A stretch of DNA of 63,716 nt, the filler included, from Kipferlia bialata (Eukaryota), in assembly GCA_003568945.1 (NCBI GenBank). It is 7 parts of 7 records of this genome, joined end to end, with 100 filler letters (N's around TTAATTAATTAA, not from the genome) between each part and the next. Parts side by side here need not be neighbours in the genome. Positions count along the whole stretch, not along the records: positions 55,350 to 58,630 come from BDIP01001357.1; positions 58,731 to 63,716 come from BDIP01001362.1; 5 more parts are not named here. One strand, written 5' to 3'. The notes beneath the pieces were generated by a model that saw only the letters and a program-made list of their open reading frames with translations, searched no databases and was not told the origin of the DNA. This document shows positions 55,877-63,716 of the stretch, one piece after another. Numbering within the stretch: position 1 is the stretch's first letter; each line of letters begins with the position of its first letter. The position numbers and the translations under genes are program-made.

Positions 55877-56383
55877 TGCTCTCGGACGCTCTCTCGCGCT
55901 GAGATGGGTGGCTTTGCGGGGTAAGAGGCCTTCCGCGGGCTGTTGACCGGATTTGAGGCTACATTGGTACAGTTACCGTAATTTGAGGCTATTTTGGGCC
56001 ATCCCCGGTAGGTGAACAGTAAGAGAGTGAGAGATACCCTATACAGTAGAGAGAGGGTAGTGTTCCAATACCACTGGAGCCCATTTCGGTGTGCCAATAT
56101 TTCTCGAGTTTCAGATATATCACAAATCTCACTCTCACTATCTACTGTAGATCTGGTGTATGTGCATTCTGTTGCATATGACACTTGCCAAATAGGGTCA
56201 GGCCTCTCTACAGCTAATGGCCTATAGTATTGTGTGAATTGTGACTGTGCTTCACTGTATAGTATCTTTATGAAGTTTGCCTGTGCTTGAAGAGTCACTA
56301 TCAACTATGGTTCTGGTGGTGTGGTATATTGTCAGAAACCTCTTCCCTCAAAGACTATCTCACTGGTTAAAGAGTCTGGCCCC

Positions 56384-56447
56384 TCATGGCAGACAGGCAT
56401 AGCCGTCGTAGAAGAGCACGTCCAGAGCAGCCCTGAGATAAGGGTGT

Positions 56448-56479
<32 letters not shown>

Positions 56480-56510
56480 GAGCACGTCCAGAGCAGCCCT
56501 GAAGTAAGGG

Positions 56511-56544
<34 letters not shown>

Positions 56545-57573
56545 TATAGAGTAATTACAACACTACACAGAGTGCTGAATACATTTGTATATATTCAAAT
56601 ACACACAGTACCTGAAGTCTGTGGCGATGTACTTGCCAGTGACAGGGTGGGACAGGGTGCGGGAGGGGTAGGACTGGGGTAAGAATATTGTGGATTTATA
56701 TATATACACATAGGTATGTACATAGAGAGAGAGAGAAAGAGAGAGTCACAGGGCGGGACTGGGGTTAGGAGAGAGAACATACACATACATGTAACCATAA
56801 AAATAGGACTAATATATACACATATGAGAGATGTACCTGTCTATCCACGAACCCACCCCCTGCTCCCTTGGGCAGTCTCTTCAGGGTGCCGCCCTGGGGG
56901 TAAGGAGTGCCAAAATATATATGTAGATGTATATATGTAAATTATACACATATATATTGCTGAGGGTGCCGCCCTGGGGGTAAGAGCTATGATTATATGA
57001 TTGCACACTGCAATGCAATGTACACATACATATGGTCTCTTGAGAACAATGTGTGAAAGAATGTAGTGTATAGGATGTTCAGTATATACCTTAGCCTTCT
57101 TGTATCTGATGGCATCACACCCTTAGTCATACTCCACCATATAGTATATGTATAGCATACATATACTCATATATACATATATACTAAATATATATACCTT
57201 AGCCTTCTTGTATCTGATGACAGATGGCACCACAAGCATTGTCACACTGTATCATGCAATACTTATATATATAGCATTCATATATTTATATATACATATA
57301 TATACTATCTGCACACCTTAGTCATACTGTACTCTATAGTATAACTATAGCATATATATATATACTATCTGTATACCTTTGTCTTCTTGTATCTGATGGC
57401 TGATGGGACCACAACCCCACTCTTGACCTGCTGGAAGGCTGGAGGTTAGTACAGAGTGGGTAGAAATACACCTAAACGGATATATGTGACTCCCTACATA
57501 TATATGAATATTAATATATATATACACATTATCACCTCTGACTGTCTCCCTCTCTGCATCTAGCCTGGCCAGT

Positions 57574-57625
<52 letters not shown>

Positions 57626-58441
57626 CGTACATATATATTCTCACCTCTCACTGTCTCCCTCTCTGCATCTAGCCTGGCCAGTTCTCTCTCCCTCTCCTTC
57701 CTAGCTGGGGTCAGCAATAACAGTAATGTATATAAAAGGATATGATTAGATCTAGTTACTATGTATGTAATATAACTATAATACGTAAGTAATAGGGTAC
57801 CTCCATCCTCAATCTCTGTCCTCTGTGTCACTGCATACTCTCTCCCTCTCTATCATATATACACACCATATATATCTACATACTATACATATATATACCT
57901 CCATCCACAATCTCTGTCCTCTGTGTCACTGCATACTCAGAGGGCAGCTGGAAGCCATCCTGTGTGTTAGCATATTGGGGGTGGAGAGAAAATGGGGAGG
58001 GATACATTAGGTATAATACATGCTCCCACCAATGGAAATTGACTACCCATTCATACCTCCTCCACGGGTGCCATGGGTGTCAGCATGGGATTGGCAGCAT
58101 ACTTGGAGGGGTAGTGGGACTGGCGGGGCTGGGGGGTAAGGACTACCATACACAGAGAAGTATACTCATAGACGTGTTATATATATGTGTTACCTTGAGC
58201 CCCAGTCCAAATCCATTGCCAAAGGGTGCCTCTCTCTCTTCATTTCTCCCTCTCTCTCTCTTTATATATATATACTGATATACAACACCATCAGTCCCCG
58301 TCCAAACCCGTTACCAAAGGGTGCCTCTGCATCTGTCTCTCTCCCTCACTCTCTATATAAATAAACATAGATATATACATATATATAACCTTCAGTCCCA
58401 GTCCAAACCCGTTGCCAAAGGGTGCCTCAATACCTCTCTCC

Positions 58442-58479
<38 letters not shown>

Positions 58480-58569
58480 GTGTGTGTATATTACCTTCAG
58501 TCCCAGTCCAAACCCGTTGCCAAAGGGTGCCTCAGCATGGCCATAGGAGTATGCATTGGAGGGATCGGC
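56384..58569 (-). CDS. Multi-exon hypothetical protein, 3' part
   Basis: Exons ADPSNAYSYGHAEAPFGNGFGLGLK|PRQSHYPSKYAANPMLTPMAPVEE|DGFQLPSEY..|..SGVVVPSAIRYKKTK|..GKYIATDFR|AALDVLFYDGYACLP* (TGA at 56384). Confidence 0.65.
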
Positions 58570-58578
58570 CTGATATGT

Positions 58579-58630
<52 letters not shown>

Positions 58631-58730
58631 NNNNNNNNNNNNNNNNNNNNNNNNNNNNNNNNNNNNNNNNNNNNTTAATTAATTAANNNNNNNNNNNNNN
58701 NNNNNNNNNNNNNNNNNNNNNNNNNNNNNN
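58631..58730. other. Artificial contig spacer
   Basis: N44-TTAATTAATTAA-N44. Confidence 0.97.
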
Positions 58731-59869
58731 TTTCTTTCCCCCCCCCCCGCCCCCCCCCCCCCCCCTCCACATCCCCTCCCTCTTCTTACATCAGGCTGCC
58801 CTCACCCTTAACTTCCCCTCACTCTGTATACATACTCACCTGCATCGTACTACCAACAATATTCTATTGGAGACCAGAAATGCATATACTAGTATACGAG
58901 TATACATATCTGTAAATGTATATACTAGTATACGAGTATACATTGTATACATATCTACTAGGATGAAGAGAGACAGAGAGAGAGGGTGCCAGACGTACAA
59001 GGGTGAGTATCTCTCTCTATAAATGAATATCCCCATACTGTGCTTGCATCTCATCCCGATCAGTCCTCCTCCCTCCTTCTCTCTCATATTAGTCTATGAT
59101 TGTATTGTAGTATCATACATATATATAGTATGTGAGTCATTTACACTACCCTACCCCATTTGTTCTTACAAGCCAGTTCCTTACCATTAATTTCCACGTC
59201 TATTCATAGTATGACGATGGAGGGGGCAGATCAACCCGCCAGGGTGAGGCTAAATGAGAAAATAGTTATTAATATACACATATGTAGGAGAGAGAGTGAG
59301 AGAGGGAGAGATAACCTGGGGGAGTCCATGATACCAACGCATTCCTCCCTCTCTATATAGAATCTCTCATACTCAGATACTCATAGGCCAGAGTGCCAGC
59401 CTTCACATGTGTGTGTATATATACCAGAGAGCGTCAAGAAGCTCTCCCTATAATTATGCAACCAGAATAGATATGCAGGCGCATTACAGGTCAAAAACAG
59501 ATTAGTGTCAGCTTCAATTGCCATTTCGGGCATACCTTTTCGGCAATATGGTGGAATTGACCATAGAGATGATCATAACTGAGACATACCTACTACATGA
59601 GTACTCTACTAGTTTGTACTCACAGCACATACCTCTGGTATGGGGGAAGTTCACCCTCTTTCTCTAGGAATACCTTGACCTATATATGTTAATGTATATA
59701 CACTGTGCATATTTTACACATACCACAGATCTGAACACATTTTACTGTCTGGAGCGCTATGGTTTGTGCATATGTAGATATGACGCTAGTGACTACAGTC
59801 TAGTCAATGGTGTCCGCAGGGGGGAATGCCACCTCTGCGATGTATGTACAAACACTGAGTTTCCGAATC

Positions 59870-60823
59870 TTAGGCATCATCACAAGGGGGGAATACAACC
59901 TCTGCCATGTATGTTGAGTCTTCATCAACAGTTAATGACGTCCTGCCCACCCCCTCCACCACAAAGATACTGTCTGGCCCAAGTAAACATGCAAGATAAC
60001 CCAGACACGCATGATGACGGTTATCATAACCATCGGCGTGAGACCCTCTGTTGCCATTACCCCACCTCTCCCACTCCAGTGATGCAAGGGAAAGACAGTG
60101 TGCATGTAACTGCTCTGGACGGTCACGTCTCACCTCAGTAGCAACGAGAACCAAAAGGTGCCTGTCAAAGGCTATAACAGTGGACCTATCTGTGTTCTGT
60201 CCAATGGCAAATGGCAGTGCAACAAGAGTATTGAACCCATCCTTGGGTGTGTAGGTGTCGATGGTCTTGGCAGTTGCGTTCATCAGATACACCCTTTCAT
60301 TGGTGGCACTCACTGTGCTGTACATACAGTCTGGTGACTCCACCTCCATCCAGGTTGAAGTGGCTATATCAAGCGCCACTATAGCTGTGTTGACACTCCC
60401 CCTTCTGGTGCACAAGGCATATACAGCGCCATTGATAGTGAAACATGCAGATACCATACAGGGAGCAGGTGCGTTGTGCAGTGATATCTCAGACCAGACA
60501 CGCGTATCCAAGGAGAGAGACCAGACATAGGTCAGAGTGTACTGGTAGCCATACCTCCTGTTTGGAATGGGCATACTAGGGAAGGCAAGTACACACCCCT
60601 CACTCTCTACACACTTCCAGCGTGACCCTAGGGGATCAGGATAGGGTAGCTCTTCCTCTCTGAATGATCCATCACTCAGTCTTGTCGCCAGTCTGCAGCA
60701 ATTGTCACTAAAGGGCACGTTGCTGCCCAGATAGAGTAACTGGCCGTTCTTTGTAGGTACCAGGGCGTCTTGCTGGTTCAAGTACAGACTGGTGTCGAGC
60801 TTAGTCCACTCTATGCCACCCAT
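59870..60823 (-). CDS. Intronless kelch-like beta-propeller protein (317 aa)
   Basis: Uninterrupted ORF with kelch-like strands (VWSLSLDTRVWSEI, VALDIATSTWMEV, HCLSLASLEWERWG). Confidence 0.7.
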   Translation of the reverse strand: MGGIEWTKLDTSLYLNQQDALVPTKNGQLLYLGSNVPFSDNCCRLATRLSDGSFREEELPYPDPLGSRWKCVESEGCVLAFPSMPIPNRRYGYQYTLTYVWSLSLDTRVWSEISLHNAPAPCMVSACFTINGAVYALCTRRGSVNTAIVALDIATSTWMEVESPDCMYSTVSATNERVYLMNATAKTIDTYTPKDGFNTLVALPFAIGQNTDRSTVIAFDRHLLVLVATEVRRDRPEQLHAHCLSLASLEWERWGNGNRGSHADGYDNRHHACLGYLACLLGPDSIFVVEGVGRTSLTVDEDSTYMAEVVFPPCDDA

Positions 60824-61110
60824 CCCTCTCCCCCCTTCTCTCTCTCTCTCTCTCTCTCTTGCTGTACTCTGTCTGAGTAATAGCCGTCAGTCAATACTTG
60901 ATGTGAGCGGTCAAAGAGATACATATGTACCTTGCACACACAGCATCACATACACGTAGTAGCTCACTATGATATGATACATACTAAAAACTTCCAAGAT
61001 ACGAGTTATGAGTGAGAGGATATAGTTGGGTGAGAGAGACGGGGGGGGGGGGGGGGGGGGGGATATATATATATATATAAATGGGGGGGGGGGGGGGGGG
61101 GGGGGGGGGG

Positions 61111-63611
61111 AGAAACAGAGAGTACTCTCGGCAATCAGGGCCCAGCCGTTCTGGGGGTAAGGATATATACACACACACATACATATATATATCCATATAT
61201 TAGAGAGAGAGAGCAATGAGGGCCCAGCCGTTCTGGGGGTAAGAGAGAGATATATAGTTATATATACACAGAGACACGGTACCTGAGCGTGGTGGTTCTC
61301 TAGGACATACTACACAGAGACATCATTCAATCAATTACTACATGTCACATGGCACCACTATATATATATACATATATACAAATTTCTTCATACCTGAGCA
61401 TGGTGGTTCTCCAGGACTGACCGATCGTTGAATCTGATGGCAATCTCCTGCTCTGTCCTGACCAGGAACTTGTTGTCAACACCTGGGGGGTGAGGAGACA
61501 GTCAAAGAGATATCATCACATCCATCTTAAACATATGACTACACAGTGCCATGTCTAAAGTAGAATGAGTATACAATACCCCTACCTGGGTGCTGCAGGT
61601 CGTGACTGGCTGCTGCCAGGATGAGGGCAAATAGCTCGAGGTCGCCTGGGGGGTCAATCATGAACTAATATGTGTAGGTATATGAGTGTGTATAGATATT
61701 TGTATATGCCTACATATAGATAGATATATCTATATATATATATATATCTGCCAGGATGAGGGCAAACAGCTCGAGGTCGCCTGGGCATAAGAAGGAATAT
61801 ATATACGTATACATATATGTAATGTTACAAGGTATCAGGGCAAAGAGCTCGAGGTTGCCTGGGGGTCAGCTTGTGATTATGTATGTAACCTGTGTCTTCA
61901 ACAGAGATTATCCGAATCTCTCTCTCTCTCTCTCTACAAATATATGGACACACACATATATATATTGATATAATGTACCTATGACATGTGGGTTCCTGGC
62001 CAGCATGGACTTGGCCATACAGACACACCTGGGGGGTAAGAGTCCACTTCATACATACACACTATGATAGAATAGAGAGAGAGAGAGAGATAGTAGGTAC
62101 TCACATCTGGGTCATGTCCGTGGCGTGTGTTGCGTTGTGGTAGGTGTTCTCGGAGGAGTAGCCGGCCTGGGGGTCAGCAACAAGATAGTAATAGGAGGCC
62201 TCACAACTATTATAGGCAAGTGAATATGGGTCTTAAAACGTCTGTCGTGTACGGTAGCGACTATATATGTAGAGTGGTGTATATATACCTGGAATGCGGA
62301 CAGCAGGCACCACATCTGGTTCCTGGTGACACTATATATATACATATATATAATATTGTAACATATACATGATCATATACACGTGTATATAGGTAACAAT
62401 ATATATATATATATATGTATCTGTACCTGGAATGTGGACAGCAGGTACCACATCTGGTTCCTGGTGATACGGAGACTGTCATACAGGCCCAGGGAGTGCA
62501 TGGCAGAGTCTACTACGCAGCTGGGGGTAAGTATATACACATAAATACAATAACATAGGAGAGAGAGAGAGAGAGAGGGACCCAGGGAGTGCATGGCAGA
62601 GTCAACCACACAGCTAGGAGTGAGTATATACATATATTATGTATAATGGGAGGGAGAGAGAGAGGCCCAGGGAGTGCATGGCAGAGTCAACCACACAGCT
62701 AGAAGTGAGTATTTGTATGTATATATATATATATACAAAGGGAGAGAGAGAGAGAGAAACCTAGGGAGTGCATGGCAGAGTCTACTACGCAGCTGAGGGT
62801 TAGAAGAGACACATGCAGATATATACGGAAATACAGAGAGATAGGGGGAGAGAGAGACGCATACATACCCCAGTGCCATGTACGATGCTGCCCTAGGGTG
62901 CCCATGACACATGTAGTATAAATACAATATACATATAATATATATATATATACACCCACCCCAGTGCCATGTATGATGCTGCACTCGGTGTCCACGACAC
63001 ATATAGTATACAGTGTCTATATACTATATACACTACATACATATATACACATACCCCAGTGCCATGTAGGATGCTGCCCTTGGGTGCCCAGCTATGAGCC
63101 CAGTGTTCTCATCAGCCAGGGGGGGGAACGCACTGAACACGTTGAAGTTGGCAGACCAGCTTGTCACCTGGAGTGAGTGTAACCACACAATTGATACAAT
63201 TGTGACTGTCGTGTATATACCTTTGGCACTTGGGGCAGGGGGTACTCTGAGAGGGAGTATATAGTGTATTATATGTATAAATTTGTATGTATAGTATATA
63301 TATATACAGTATATATATATACAGTGTATATACCTTTGGGACTTGGGGCAGAGGGTACTCTGAGATGGTAGAGAGTGGAACTATACATATATGTATACTA
63401 TATATAGTATATAGTATATCACTATACCTTTGGCACTTGGGGCAGGGGGTACTCTGAGATGGGGGGTGCGGCCTGGAACTTCTCATCGGCAATGGCGGCA
63501 CCCTCCTAACAGGTTAATACACTCATTGTGTAAATATATTGAATATTACCAATTGCATATTGTTTACATACCCTGAGCTCCCCGCCCTCGAGCACTGCGG
63601 CACGGTCATCC
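61111..63611 (-). CDS. Second class I cyclic-nucleotide phosphodiesterase; N-terminal half of the catalytic domain only (5' end beyond the window, 3' half missing at poly-G tracts)
   Basis: NFNVFS..; AGYSSENTYHNATHATDMTQM; ELFALILAAASHDLQHPG|VDNKFLVRTEQEIAIRFNDRSVLENHHAQ|NGWALI. Confidence 0.9.
62480..62800 (-). repeat. Acceptor + 5'-half-exon echo array (CVVDSAMHSLG x4) with two codon haplotypes
   Basis: TGC GTA GTA in the complete exon and the most upstream copy; TGT GTG GTT in the two middle copies. Confidence 0.9.
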
Positions 63612-63716
63612 CTGAGGGTGAGAGAGAAGGAAAGAGCATCCTAGTAACGGGAAATAACAAAGAGAGAGAGGGGGGGGGGGGCAGTGATAATGAGCTGGAG
63701 AGACAGTCTATTCAAT

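Noticed and set aside
55633..56304. 223-aa minus-strand ORF
   Set aside because: Non-ATG start, spans intergenic DNA and overlaps a better-supported first exon in another frame.
11537..63501. Numerous short YIYI/ERER/SLSL-rich ORFs
   Set aside because: Translations of intronic (TA)n, (GA)n and (CA)n microsatellites.

Overview
This is eukaryotic, very intron-rich genomic DNA in the standard code. It has microsatellite-filled introns and a branch point fused to a CCCCAG acceptor, a style that suggests a free-living fornicate/metamonad such as Kipferlia (inference only). The window is seven contigs joined by artificial 100-bp N/TTAATTAATTAA spacers, so adjacency across a spacer is meaningless. 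Genes assembled by hand from exons: 5' end of glutamate-cysteine ligase, a large FG-GAP/Ig-like type I surface protein, a possible degenerate dynein-heavy-chain-like gene, a SMARCAL1/ZRANB3-type SNF2 helicase, a viperin (RSAD2) lacking its N-terminal Fe-S motif, a PP4R3/SMEK-like first exon, a Nup153/Nup1-like FG nucleoporin, a DUF1963/YwqG-like protein, two class I cyclic-nucleotide phosphodiesterases, an intronless kelch-like propeller and several unknowns. The most striking signal is exon 'echoes'. Introns and 3' UTRs hold arrays of half-exon copies: acceptor plus 5' fragment upstream of the complete exon, and 3' fragment plus donor or stop downstream. The echoes I aligned differ from the complete exon almost only at synonymous positions, including Ser TCC/AGC, Arg CGT/AGG and TAG/TAA or TGA/TAA stop swaps. 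Neutral decay of tandem duplicates should not produce that pattern.
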